Below, in pieces: positions 14,058 through 26,760 of a DNA stretch of 64,000 nucleotides. Within the stretch, counting starts at the first letter, position 1. Every line of letters begins with the position of its first letter. The notes under the pieces were generated by a model. That model ran no database searches. It had not been told where the DNA came from and saw nothing but the letters and a program-made list of their open reading frames with translations. Origin of the DNA: Geosiphon pyriformis uo1. Its lineage: Eukaryota > Fungi > Glomeromycota. Made by a program: the position numbers and the translations under genes. The stretch spans positions 763,069 through 827,068 of the forward strand of contig JAAOMT010000479.1 of NCBI GenBank assembly GCA_016748015.1, written 5' to 3'.

Positions 14058-14779
14058 TTTCTAAAGACCATATGATATTCAAAAACCACGTTTAGATTGC
14101 TTAATGGAACTGATTATTTATAAATTTGACGGAAACCTTTTGGATTTTCTAATCTCAAATTATAAGTTTTAAAACAAAAAGAAAAAAATTGAAGGTCTTT
14201 CTTATTATAAAATCCATTTGTCAGATTTTTAATGATTTCGAAACTCTTTAAAAGCGAAACAAAGACTAAATATCTTCGGATAAATGCTTTTTACAATCAA
14301 ATTTCACGCGTCTACCCAAAAGATAGATCAACCCGTGAAATATTTTAATGATTGACCAAATTCGTGCAGAGATTAGATGATCTGCATAAAGAGTGTTGAG
14401 TTTTGATTATATTTTGTATACGATTATTATAAATTTGATTTTAAAGATCAAAATTTCCCAATAATTATTGTGTATTCAATAAAATAAATGAATAATTTCT
14501 CATAGATCTCATTAAAAAAGTGCTAAACACTTATTTTAGCTGGCTTTTCTAAATGATTAAACTAATTCACATTTCTAGTCACCTGCAGTTTTTCAAGCTC
14601 GTCCGACGTAATTTTTTATACCAATGTCTAGAGTATTATTTAAAAAGTCTTCCGAAGAAAATTGTTTTATTGTAACTAATCTATTAAATCTTCAAGAAAT
14701 TAGCTCACAATTAAAAATAAAATTATCTTAATGATTAAATACAAAATTAAAAGTTTCAAATCCTAGCAATATGTAACTA

Positions 14780-17700
14780 TCATATCGTTGGTCCAAAGCA
14801 TCGTTCTCCTTGTGTCTCATAATTATTACCCCACCATTCGGGAAAATCAATCTAAGTATACAAAGCAACGATTAAAGCCAAAAGTATTACACAATTTAAA
14901 CCATAGAAAAAGTTGCCAGATTTCGTACCTTTATCATTCCAGCAAAGCATAAAAATATTAGAAACGTTGCTGTTTGGCTGCCAGAATCTAGCGCGGCTGA
15001 TACCACGTAATTGTATCTGATGAAATCCAAAAGAGCGTTTGAAAAAAAGTTGATCCAATTATATATATTTTACATAAATCAGAATCCCTTACTTTTTGAA
15101 CCAAGCTGTTTTGTAACGTAAAGCCCAAAACTGGCTTAGGGCGCTTACAATAAACGCCATAACAATTGAATTTGGATAACTAAGTGGAAAGATACAGAGT
15201 GAGCTGAATATCAAAGGTGCGTTGATGAAATTAAATTTCGCCTTTGGAAATCGCCGATGTAGGAAATATATAGGGATTGGCACCAAAACTCCCACAGCGA
15301 AGCCCCATAGTAATGGATGGTAAATTGATTTAGATCCTACAAAATTTTGTATCAAAGAATTATAATGAATTTAAAGAGACATCTCAATAAATAAGCAGTT
15401 TAAATACCAAAGGTTTCTCCAGGTCCAACCAGCCCCCAGATTATGGTAGCGGAATTTATAAGTTGAACGATGGAACCCGACCACTAAAAATTGAGCCCCA
15501 CAAAATTAAGCCAACAGATTAAGCATCAGAATAAGAATAAAAATTCAAGTTAGACTCGGTCTTACTTGACCAGTCGGATCATATTCTGTTCCGTCCAAAT
15601 AACTTCTTTCAGCATTAATAATCATTTTCAAGGCAATTAAATGGGTAAATGTGGCCACAAATGTTCCCCAAATTTGAGAAAAAAGTAAGGCTCTTGGTGG
15701 AATTTTCATGTAGTGCCCTTTAATGATGGGGATTATGAGATAATGTTATAAGAAGACATGTGGTGGAAAATTTGATTATCAAACATAAATCTTACCTAGT
15801 TTAAGATGCTTTAATAAAACTATACATTGATATAAACCCATTACACAATAAGTTGTGAAAAAGGCATTTGCGATAGGACGACCTGGGAAAAGGTAGCTAA
15901 AATTTTTTTTTTAGCATATCTTATAATGCAAACTTCAATTACTTTATATTTGAAACTAACCCACATATCAACTCAGATATTATACCAACACTAAGAGTGA
16001 CACTTGAGATTGCTGAAATTATTCCTAAAAAAAAAATAGAATGAAAAACATTAGAATATTGGGACTTTTTTAGAGAGAAAGTTTGGAGATATCATAAGAA
16101 AAAGTAATTGATTACCGACAGGTAGGACAACAATTAGTGCAATTCCAATTGACAAAAGCATAGCCCACCAAGGTAAATTAACATCATCTAAATATCCCAT
16201 CATTACACTGATAGCAAGCATCGAGAAAAATATCAGGCTATAACACCAGTTCGGAACCTCTGAGAGTAAAATTATGGTTCATTAATAAGTTTATAAATGT
16301 GAATTATTATTAGCCAGAAAAAAGTTTGGTCTTTCATGTAATGATACCTTGGTATTTTCTAATCATTTTTGTATGGATATCTTCATTCTCTTCACGGCTT
16401 GCTTTGAACCTTTGATAAACATCTTTACCATGGAAAAGAGCAACATGACTTATGGCAGCTGTGAACGCAGCAAATGTGTAGAAATAATACATTGCAAATG
16501 TAGTTGATACGTAAACTGGGCCCTGTTCTTCGTAGGCAGTCACATTTAAGAACATTGTGTTGCTGTCAATAATCAGCGTTTGATTGTATCTTAATAACAT
16601 AAATTTTCGATTAGAAGATGGAAATGGGTGACTTTATAAAACAGGTCATAAAAATCTACCGTGTTCCATCCTTTGTGAGCGTATTACTAGATCGAAATGG
16701 AAAGCTTTGTGCATTTCTTTACAAGAAAAGCAAATTAAAAATATATCAAGTTTGATAAGGAACCAAGATTTCTTGATAAACTTACAACACATTGTAATAA
16801 TACATGAGGGGTGCTATGATCCAAGCTGCGATTAACCCACATCCTATTCGAATTACGCTCACCCACCTAATAGACAGAGTGGTGGTTTAGATATATTTTA
16901 GGAAATCATGAACTCTACAAGCAAAAAATAGACCTACAAAGGAGTAATCATTGGATTGTAATGCGAAATGGTATTCCAATCTAATGTGAATGACAAGATT
17001 CCAGATCCCCGATAAGCACTTCCAAGAAGTTTGGTTGTCGAGCTATTTCCAGCAAAGCAGAGCAATGCCATACTCGTGAGCCATGGAAACATATATTGCG
17101 GAAGAAATTGCCATAATAGTATGATGGAAAATACAATGGAAAAGAGACGTGATCTATCCTTTGCTTCTTTCACATTTTCATGTAATGAGCTGAAGAGTGA
17201 CGTTAAAGCTAAATTTTCTGGCCAAATCATGTTTGCCGGATAAACAAGACCTATTTCGATGTTAAATTAGTAAGAATTTGATATTAAAAAAAGGAATCTC
17301 ACAATCTCACATTTTCGAAGAAAACCAGCAATTCCATAGCCCAGCATATTGGTGCTGATAATAAATAAAATTCCGGATACCCATGACACCTTTCTATCAA
17401 AAAAAAGTTCTTGAATTGCTATTATTTGCTTTTTTTCAAGTATAAATTATTGAAAGTAATGAGTGATTGGATAACTTGAGTGCAAAAAATACAACAACCA
17501 AATGCAAGTTAATTAGGTTTACCCCAGGATATACACCAGAACTTGAGGAACTAGCTGCAACAACTATACACACATTTTCTTTGATATTAAAAGGGCCTAG
17601 ATTTTCAAACATGTTAATGGTAAAAGCGAATCATTATAAATACATTAATAAATCATTAATTCTTTTTCATACCTGGATTCAAGCTAAACTCACAGTTTCT

Positions 17701-18406
17701 AATTCGATATTTACGTGTTGGTAAAGCGCTTGCCATCCATTTACCGATTATGAAAGACCCCAATAATGTGAAATAAAGGGAGAATAGTGCCCTATTCGTG
17801 CGAAAAACGTAGATTTCTTGAAGGAAAGACCCCAAAGCAGAGAAAAACTAGTAAATAGATTTCTTGGATTATTAGAAACAATAATTAATGAATGAATATT
17901 TAATTACTCAATTTGAAAAATAAAAGATTTATCTACCGTGCTTAAAACCCAAAATCGAAAGGTTATTGAAGGTAGAGTCGGATCATCTTTTAAGCTCACC
18001 GTCTGCGTTGAATGAAATATTTCATTCTTCTTAATTTGTTTCTATCTATCTATTAGAAATCAGATAAAGTAAAACTTACAGCAGCAACTGCGGGAATTGG
18101 AGAGTTTTCCTCTTCCTCTTCTTTGAATTTTTTTCTTTCCAAATTCAATATGCCCTTCTCGTCGAGCTCTTTTTCTGGGGTGAACTTTGAACGTTTTTCA
18201 TCGACATGATGATCATTATTATTAATGAAGATTTGATTTTTTTTAATCAGTTCTTTATCGAGATAATTAGGCTTTATACTTTTCCCCTCTTTTTCTCGCT
18301 TCATGCAAGTGAAGAGCGCTTTGAGGGTCATACATATTGAAAAAAAATTTGCTAATAGGAAGGAATGATTTGGAACTTTTTTTGCAAGCGTTTTTGAATT
18401 ATCCAT
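14780..18406 (-). CDS. OPT-family oligopeptide transporter, copy C, about 17 exons
   Basis: Motifs: ENSPIPAVAATVSLKDDP, NPGPFNIKEN, YPANMIWP, GILSFTLDWN, KHLKLGHYMKIPPR, SAALDSG, FPEWWGN. Stop at 14780-14782. Start is 18406 or the downstream ATG near 18331. Confidence 0.93.
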
Positions 18407-19540
18407 AGCAAGTAACAAGTAAGATTCTTTTTTTATAAAAGTGTTTTTTTGAATTGACTTTAGATATTGACCCTTATATAAAACACAATTTTGGTTTGAA
18501 AATTTAGTTTCCTTCTATTCGCACTCTTTACAACAGTTGAGTTGCGATAACTGGGATTTACCAAGATAGGGTAAAATCAGGATATTTTATTTTGAGTTAG
18601 TAATCCATTATTATTCTCGAGTCGAATGAAAATTTAGAACTGCTTTTAAGATGACAAAAATATTATCTTTTAATATTTACAATCCCACGTTCTTAAGGCC
18701 AATCGATCTTCAAAAGGACGAGTGGGGACTATCACAAATATTTTGAATAGTTGAATACCCATTTATCCGACTTCAATGGAGTAAGTAAAGAAATAGTTTT
18801 AAATATATATATATTCTACCGTGGATTTTGTTTCGCTTGTAAACAATCGAGGTGATTCTCGGAGTAAACTCACGTGGAATTGTTTAATTTCCGTATTGTA
18901 AATATGTGATCAAAGTAATTAGTGAAACCGGGTTGATTGTATTCCCACTTTACGAGCATTAACTGAATCTGATCACAAGGTTTTGGATATGAGCAAAATA
19001 TTGAGGTAGATTGAAACAAGGGATATAATTTTTTTATTTTGAATATATCTAATATATGTATTTCGAGGAGACAGAAGCAAACATAGATTTGATTTAACTC
19101 AAAAAACACGCTTGATTTTCGATTAATTTAATTTTTTTTTATTTTGTAGGTGTATTAAACGAAAAAACAGTCCTCATTGTCATTTCTCAAAGGAAGAAGC
19201 TAAAAAACTTTAAATTGATCGGCGATTTGGAAGTTGTACACCATTGCATATTTTTTTTTTTTTTTGATAATCCGATCTCAAAAATTTTCGAATTTTTAAT
19301 TGACCAATTATAATCAAAAAAGTTGATGAATGGTAAAGATTATAGGAATACATTAAAACTGGTATAATTAAAATATCTTAAAGACTGTTGTTCAGATTGC
19401 AATGCGCCATCACGCAATCATAATTTTATCAATTGATCATCAAAATGACATTACTAAAAATTGAAACCATTGTTTCCCATTACTTGTTGATAATTTATAT
19501 ATCGATAAAATCAAATTTCTACCTTTAACAGAGCAGTAAA

Positions 19541-19613
19541 GGCTCACTGGCCTAATGGATAAGGCATCGGACTTCTAATCCGGGGATTGTGGGTTCAAGT
19601 CCCACGTGAGTCA
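19541..19613 (+). tRNA. tRNA-Arg (anticodon TCT), intronless
   Basis: Full cloverleaf: acceptor GGCTCAC/GTGAGTC, D arm GCCT-AATGGATA-AGGC, anticodon arm TCGGA-CT TCT AA-TCCGG, T arm GTGGG-TTCAAGT-CCCAC, discriminator A. Confidence 0.97.
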
Positions 19614-19618
19614 TCGTC

Positions 19619-19623
19619 TTTTT
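19619..19623 (+). terminator. RNA polymerase III terminator (T5) of the tRNA
   Basis: TTTTT starts 6 nt after the tRNA 3' end. Confidence 0.75.
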
Positions 19624-20218
19624 GTATGTGAAATATTAAAGAAGAGATTAAAAAGATGAGAATATAAAAGAAAAAGATATTTATGTTAAACTAATAAAAG
19701 AATTTCAGTTTTTAATGGAATGAAGTATATAATTGTTTTTTTTTTTTTTTTTTTGCAGTTTCTTCCATTTTTAGCCCTATAAAATACATTTTTGGATCAT
19801 GTGAATAATTTATTTAAATCAAAGAAATTTATTATTTAGCCTAGAAAAAAATATATTTGAGCATACATTTCTTGGTGAAATTTAGTTTAAAAACGAAAAA
19901 AAAAAATCCCAAACATTTGGAATATCAAATTTATTTCCAAAATCAATTAATAAAAATTCAGAAAAGATGACCCTATTTAGCTATTATTTTTAATTTAAAA
20001 TTAAAATCATTGAGCCTAAACAATAATAAGGAATTAATAAAATTTTATTATTTTCTCGAGTTGAACCCCCTCTTTTACTTAAGAAGTGGTTGGTTTCTTG
20101 ATTAAAAAATGGTTGAATCAGATTTAATCTAAAAAATTGAACAAAATAAACTATACTAGTTGAGTTTTTAATATTTTTAATATAATTTAGTCTTGAATTC
20201 ATGACCAATTACGTTTTC

Positions 20219-20253
20219 GAACTAGATTTTGAACTAGATTTTGATCTAGATTT
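20219..20253. repeat. 12-bp tandem repeat (GAACTAGATTTT) x3, last copy degenerate
   Basis: Copies start at 20219, 20231 and 20243. Confidence 0.75.
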
Positions 20254-21423
20254 GAATTACGATTTCCATTTTAAATAAAAAAACTGATAAAAATATTTTG
20301 GAATTATAACGATCATTGAAAAATTTGAAGTTTTTTTTTTTTTATAAAGATTTATAAAAAATTTTCCGAATATGTATTTTGATTTTGAAAATTTTCAAGA
20401 GCCGATATCAGTTTGAGTTGATTTAAATTTTTCCGATTTAATTTTGTTATTAATGAATTTTTTTGGTCAAGAATTTTATTATTATTTATATATATTTACA
20501 TTTTGAAGTAAAATTTTTTAAGTTTTGATAATTACTTAAACCAAATACATGTACTTTTTAGGTAGATAAGTTTACTTTGTAATATTTGCAATATGTAAAT
20601 CATATATTTTATTAAGAGCTCTATCGAAAAAAATATTTAATTATTTTATCAAAAATTATTAATAATCAGTTAAACTATAAAAGTAAATTTGTAAAAAAAA
20701 ACATAATTTTTTGGTAAGCGTAAATATGCGTCACATTTTAGAATTTTTTTTTTTATATAAAAATCTAATGATTTTCTAGAATTGTGTAAGATGTACTGAT
20801 AAAAATATATTTTTGATCATTTTCGTGATCGTAAGAAAGTGATTGGGAATCTTCTAAAGAGATCTAAATGGACTGTTAAAAAACAAATATATTTATCAAT
20901 TGATTTGTCAGACTTTTGTTGTTTCAAAAGAAAAGAAAAAATTGAACATGAAAAGAAAATTTTTTTACTCAGTTTCTTTAATAAGAAGTGTGTACTGTTG
21001 AGTTTAATCAAAAACCAAAGATATACTCAATCAATAATGAATTTTGTACCTCTAAAAGTTCTTAAAAATATTGTTTGTCCGGGTAGAAAAATGGTTTGAT
21101 AACGCAAGCTGTTTGTGAAATACTACATGTTTGGATCGAGAAATTTCTGTGAAAGATTCGCTAAAATCCGGTACAAACAATTTTCTTTGGATTAATAATT
21201 AGTGTTGATGAATTTTCAAAAATAGATTAGTTTCACGGGAGGAAAATTTTTCCGAGATTTCCGAGTTTTTTGAAAAGTAAATTTTGCTATTAGATTTTAG
21301 GTTCACATTATGATAACGTATATTTTTGAATCCCAATACTTTGGAAGAATTCTATTATTATTCAAAAAGATTTGGCTGAAAAACCAGATATCCGGGTTAC
21401 TTTTCAAAATCGAGAATGGGTAA

Positions 21424-21465
21424 GGTAAAGGTAAAGGTAAAGGTAAAGGTAAAGGTAAAGGTAAA
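21424..21465. repeat. (GGTAAA)7 hexamer microsatellite
   Basis: Seven perfect units; this produces the FTFTFT run in spurious ORF 21397..21678. Confidence 0.95.
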
Positions 21466-24189
21466 GGATAGAATTACTACGTGTTTGGATAGTGAGATAA
21501 ATAATTTTGATGGAAATTCTGCATTAATAATATTTAGATGATTATGAAAAGAAAGATCTGTAAGTCGAATCATTTTCAAAATCCGAATCTGATTGAAATT
21601 GAAAAATACATTGTCAAAGCAAGAATATAAATTCAGACTCATAAAATTAACTTCATTTCTTTTAAAGGAGAATTGCAAAGATTTTGAGATAATTATTTAT
21701 TGTGTAAAATTAGGTGATAAAAGAGAAGAATATTATGTTAAGAAAATCTTCATTTTTGTTGAGAAGGTGACATATCTATAAGGTTTCGAATATTTTTTAT
21801 TTAGAGATCGAACCATAACATTATTATACCAAAATGTAAGATATTATTTCAAGTTTCTCTCAGTTGCATTCATTGATAATCTTTAATCATAAATAGGACA
21901 AGGAAATTTAATCTTAAATCAAAGTATTCTAACAAGGACTCAATTTCCTTTGAATAAATTGAGCACATGAAAACTATTTAATTATCTAATAGGTATTAAT
22001 TTTCAAAAAATTTCTTTGGACAATAATTTATTATGAAAATTTACAATATTTCGTCAGAAATTCATAAAATCTATAGGTTTCACGAACAAAAAGAAATGAT
22101 ATTGAGAAAATAATTTTTTATGAGATTTAACTAACCTCTATTTCATTCGAACTTTTTAAATACTTGATATTGACACCGCTCAAAATGAAAAAAAAAATCC
22201 ATTTTAGAATGTGCTAAAATATATTAGATGACAGTTTCGTCAAATGGTTACAGAAATATTTCACTTTTTTGTCGTCCCTTTTACCATTTGAAAACAGATG
22301 AGAGTTTAATTATGAAGGATTTCAAAAGAAGCCAATAATTTTTTTATTATTCAATCCTAAATAAAATATATTCTCTTTTATTTAATGGTAAATTACTTAT
22401 CCTAATTCCCAAAAATTTATTATATTTTTAGAGTTTTTTGAGGATTAATTATTTTTACCTATATTTAAATAAAATATATATATATATATATAATTTACAA
22501 CTTTTTATTAATGAGAATTTTTAGTACTAAAGGCAAATTATTGAGATTTAATACATTGGTGTTGTCAAGTTAGTTAATCCAAAAATAATGATCCTTTACA
22601 GATTAAATTTTTTGTAGAGTTACAAATTATCAAAGTAAAAGATCAGGTAATTTATTCTAATCAACCAAAATATTATTTTATTTCTGATATTTTATTTATT
22701 ATGATAGAAAACCTCTTATTTTCTATAAAATATGGTTAATATACCATATTTAATTTCTGAACCATTAAAAAGATTTTAATTTTCACAATATTTTATTGTT
22801 TCTAATTTTTGAAAAGAAATGTTCATTAAATTAAAATTCAAACTCTCAAAATTTGAATTAGTTAAATTTTTAAAGATACCCAAATCAATTTTTTCAAAAA
22901 AGAAACCAGGTAAACAATTTTCATACCAGGTTCTCAATTTGAGCTTTTTAATTTTAAAAAAAAATTTTATAATAAAACTTTAAACTTTTGATTTCGTTAA
23001 AAAAAAAAAAAAAAACTTAATTTCGAAAGGGTCTAAACTGTTTGAAAATGATTTTCATTAAGAGGGAGAATGATTCATATGTTTAGATTACTACATTTGA
23101 CGATTTAATCTGCAAATTTTTAAGTGCTCAATATGAAATCAACGTGATTTCCATTACAAATTCCAGAATCTTTAAAAACAGGTTCTTTCTTTTAATATTT
23201 TAAAAAACTTATATATACATTAAATAGATTAGAAAGATGGCTCGTGGTCTATATAACTCTTCTTTTCAGTTCCCTCGAGCTTTGAATTATAAATTTCAAT
23301 TTTTTGGCGTACATGTTTGCATTCAGGCGTTTGAAAAATTTAGTTAGATGTAAAAGTTTTGCATTATTAGAAAAAAAAACTTTAACCATTTAATGTGATG
23401 CAATGTGATGTAATGTGATGTGAGAATCACACGTCAAAAGAAAAACATTTGTTTTTATAAAGAAAAATTTTTTGATTTACTAGATCATGTTGATTTATTT
23501 TCCCTTCTAAAAAAGTTAAATTGTCTAATTTGAAGAATATATAGAAAAAAATAAAACAAAATAATTTAATTTATTTCAATTACTTAATAAAATACTTTTA
23601 ATAAAAAATCATAATTATATTTAAAAATTTTACTCTTCAAAAAAAAAATCCTAGTCTTTGAACACAAAAATGTATTTTATCAATCTAATACTATCGGTCA
23701 AATTTCTTGATTTATCAAAAAGTCTTGATTCAAGATTCTTAAAATAGAAATTTTAAGCTTTTGTCAAAAATTAACCTTCCTCATAATTCTGTATCAAAAT
23801 TCAATAAAAATTGGAAAAATACAACTAATTCATTAAACTATAAACTTTTACATGATCAAATTTTCTGACCTGTGCTCAATTTAATACATCTTGAATTGGT
23901 TAATGGATGTATTTAAAAAAGAAACTTTTCTTGTGTTACTCTAAAGTTAGTTGTCGAAATTTTATCGAACCCTTAATAAAAGTTGTCGTCTATTGTAAAG
24001 ATGGTTCTAAATTTAAGAGCATTTGTCAGACAAAATAAACCGTCTGTTTTATTGGAAAAATTATGAGCCAATCACGGTTACCTCAATCATTGCGGTAAAA
24101 AAAGGATGCCAAAAATGGTGAAGTGAGTAGTAGTTCCTTTAGGAAAAAAAACTCATATCCTTCTATTTAGATCTTATCCTCCGTAAACT

Positions 24190-25584
24190 TCATGGAGCTC
24201 CAAATAGACGACAAATTTTACGACCATATATATCTTTGGTGTCGCTTGGAGTCGTAGGTTCATTAATTTGACGTAAAATATGATTAGATTCTATTCCTTG
24301 ATCTTGATGACAATCGGTGCATTCACAGGTTCCTGATAAGCTGAGATCCCGTGATAATTCATTACTACGTTTGCCCTCGTTAGTTGTTGGTAAATCGTAC
24401 AGTTGTGAATCTTGTAATTGACGTTGTTGTTGTTGTTGTTGTTGTTGGGTATGTCGATTTCGGACTTGATCATGATAAATCCAATTTGAGACATTTTGGC
24501 CTTGCTGATCATTAAATGTCAATGACATGTATGGAGGAGATGATGATTGTAAAGAAGTAGTAAGTGATGATATTGATGGTAATTGGTTCAGTACACTTGA
24601 ATCGTTTTTACAAGCGTTATTCATTGTATTGTTTGAAGTTCTAAGAGGCTTATACACAATTGAAGAATTCATTTGTGTTAAAATTCGTGGTGAGGAAGGT
24701 CGTTGAGGATAGTCGCTTGAAGAATGATAAAAATGATTTACAAATTGGTCTTGTTGTCTTTGTGGTGGTAGTGGTAGTGGTAGTGGTGATGGTGGTGGTG
24801 GTGGTGTCGACTCATTCACAACTACTGGGGAAAGATAAATTGAAGAAAGCTGGTGTCGACTTCCATCACCATTCTCTTGGATAATCGTAAATTCTTGTTG
24901 AACACAAACACCTTCAGAGCCAGGACTTGATCCTCGAGTTGGTGTGCGATTAGGGGATAATAAACCAGTTTCAGTGTCGATTAATAACTCTTCTTCATCA
25001 AAATCATATTTTGGTGGGTTTTTATCTTTTCGCTTTCTCGGTTTATAGACGTAATTTGGATAAACTTTTTCGTGAACCTTTTTCGCAATGTCACCCAACA
25101 ATTCATAAATATTTCTGATATCCTGTGGTTCTTTTTGCCAAGATTTTGATGCTGCCCTTGAAACTAAAGGAAGATTGGCACCAACTTCTTTGCCTCGCTG
25201 TTGGGTAAGTCGTTCTTGAATATCACGACGATAGAGAACAAAAGGGTTTTGAGGTCTAGGAACTTGACCTCTGCGCGACCTTAGCTTTGGTGTGATTAAT
25301 GATTCAAACTTAAGGGTAATTTGTTGCATAAGTTGGGATACTAAAGCTGGATCTAGTTTTGCGAGAAGTTCTTCCACAAACTGTGGATTTAAATTGATTG
25401 ATGAATTGGCTTTAATCGAAATATTTGCCGTGTTGCTATTAATCATTTCGGGAGAAAGCAACGCTGGAAATGATACGGCTGAACTCGTTGTTGATTCAGA
25501 TCCTTCAATAAAACTGGGCCGTGTTGGATCGAGTATCGCACGTCGAGCTGTTCGTTTTGATTGATGACCATTTATTTTTGACAT
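24190..25584 (-). CDS. MATA-type (Rox1/Sox-like) HMG-box transcription factor, apparently intronless, about 464 aa
   Basis: HMG box VPRPQNPFVLYRRDIQ...VSRAASKSWQKEPQDIRNIYELLGDIAKKVHEKVYPNYVYKPRKRK, followed by a Pro/Ser/Gln-rich low-complexity tail. First in-frame ATG at 25584. Confidence 0.93.
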   Translation of the reverse strand: MSKINGHQSKRTARRAILDPTRPSFIEGSESTTSSAVSFPALLSPEMINSNTANISIKANSSINLNPQFVEELLAKLDPALVSQLMQQITLKFESLITPKLRSRRGQVPRPQNPFVLYRRDIQERLTQQRGKEVGANLPLVSRAASKSWQKEPQDIRNIYELLGDIAKKVHEKVYPNYVYKPRKRKDKNPPKYDFDEEELLIDTETGLLSPNRTPTRGSSPGSEGVCVQQEFTIIQENGDGSRHQLSSIYLSPVVVNESTPPPPPSPLPLPLPPQRQQDQFVNHFYHSSSDYPQRPSSPRILTQMNSSIVYKPLRTSNNTMNNACKNDSSVLNQLPSISSLTTSLQSSSPPYMSLTFNDQQGQNVSNWIYHDQVRNRHTQQQQQQQQRQLQDSQLYDLPTTNEGKRSNELSRDLSLSGTCECTDCHQDQGIESNHILRQINEPTTPSDTKDIYGRKICRLFGAP

Positions 25585-26689
25585 TGTTCCAAGCAAAATA
25601 AGGTAAAAGACGTTTCAAAGAGTAAAAGAGACTAAAGTATTTTAATGCAAGTTCAAATTTCGAGCGATAAACGCTTGAGACAAAAGATTAATTTTTATTA
25701 AATATGCGAGCCGAATATTAGATAATATTTGAAAGGCTCAGAATTAGAAAGATAGAAGCTACTCAAAAGATCTGAGAATCAAATACGTTGTCTTATATGC
25801 AACAAAATACAATACACAATGGCGACATGAGATCAGAGGCAAAACTGCAGCTGCGTGCAAATGCTTTTGTCTCTTGTTTTTCTTCTTTACTCTTTTATGT
25901 GAGGTAACATAAACACACACACACATTTATGATGTCGCTCAACAATTATTAGAGCAAGATTTGTAACTTGGACTTGTATCACAACTAAAAAGAAAGATTA
26001 CGACGGATGATGACATACCGGGAAAAATCTTCAAATTTATAGAAGAGCAACAAATTGGTTTTTGTATGTATGCGTTGTTGTTTCTCTTGTGTTCTCGGTT
26101 TTTCGTATAGACAAGTTTTACACAGTGTTTGTTGTTGGTAAATTGCCTCGATGCATTTGGATATGCAAGCTTCCAACAAAGTCTAAAGGCTTAAAAGGTA
26201 GAACTTACTAGCACGGTATTGTTTTCTGGAAGGGGCAAGACGTCGATAAAAACTTTATTGTTGCTTATCACTCCTATTCATTGGTACTCATGACTTGTAG
26301 GGTGAGAAACTGACCTCAATCTTGCATACAAAAAAATCATGAATCCTTAGACACACGAGTCGTCACCTGTTTTATTCTTTTATTCGATCCTTTATACGTA
26401 GCATGATTGAAGAAATTTTTTTAACAATTATCCAATTTTCTCTTTACAGGCGAATAAACTTAAATTAGCGAGACAATTGTAATCAATACTTTTCCTGCAT
26501 CACACAAGAGATCGGGCGCAGTATTGTTACTTTTTTTGAATTTGGTATACAATTATCAAGAACAGGGAGAAACCTCAAAAAGAGCAGGTGGTTAAAGTTT
26601 TATTCAATGTATTATTATTCTATCGATAGCTAAAAACAGAATATCAATAACCAACTTTAGGCAATAATGGTGCGTGACTAATTTTATAG

Positions 26690-26690
<1 letters not shown>

Positions 26691-26731
<41 letters not shown>

Positions 26732-26760
26732 TATCATTATCATTATCATTATCATCATCA
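26691..26760. repeat. Compound microsatellite (CAT)n(TATCAT)n
   Basis: Read directly from the sequence. Confidence 0.9.

Noticed and set aside
21424-21465. (GGTAAA)7 as an interstitial telomere
   Set aside because: It does not match TTAGGG and is short, consistent with an ordinary microsatellite.
24190-25584. HMG gene as a mating-type (sexM/sexP or MAT) locus
   Set aside because: There is no flanking triose-phosphate transporter or RNA helicase (Mucorales sex locus) and no homeodomain pair. MATA-HMG genes are highly expanded in this lineage.
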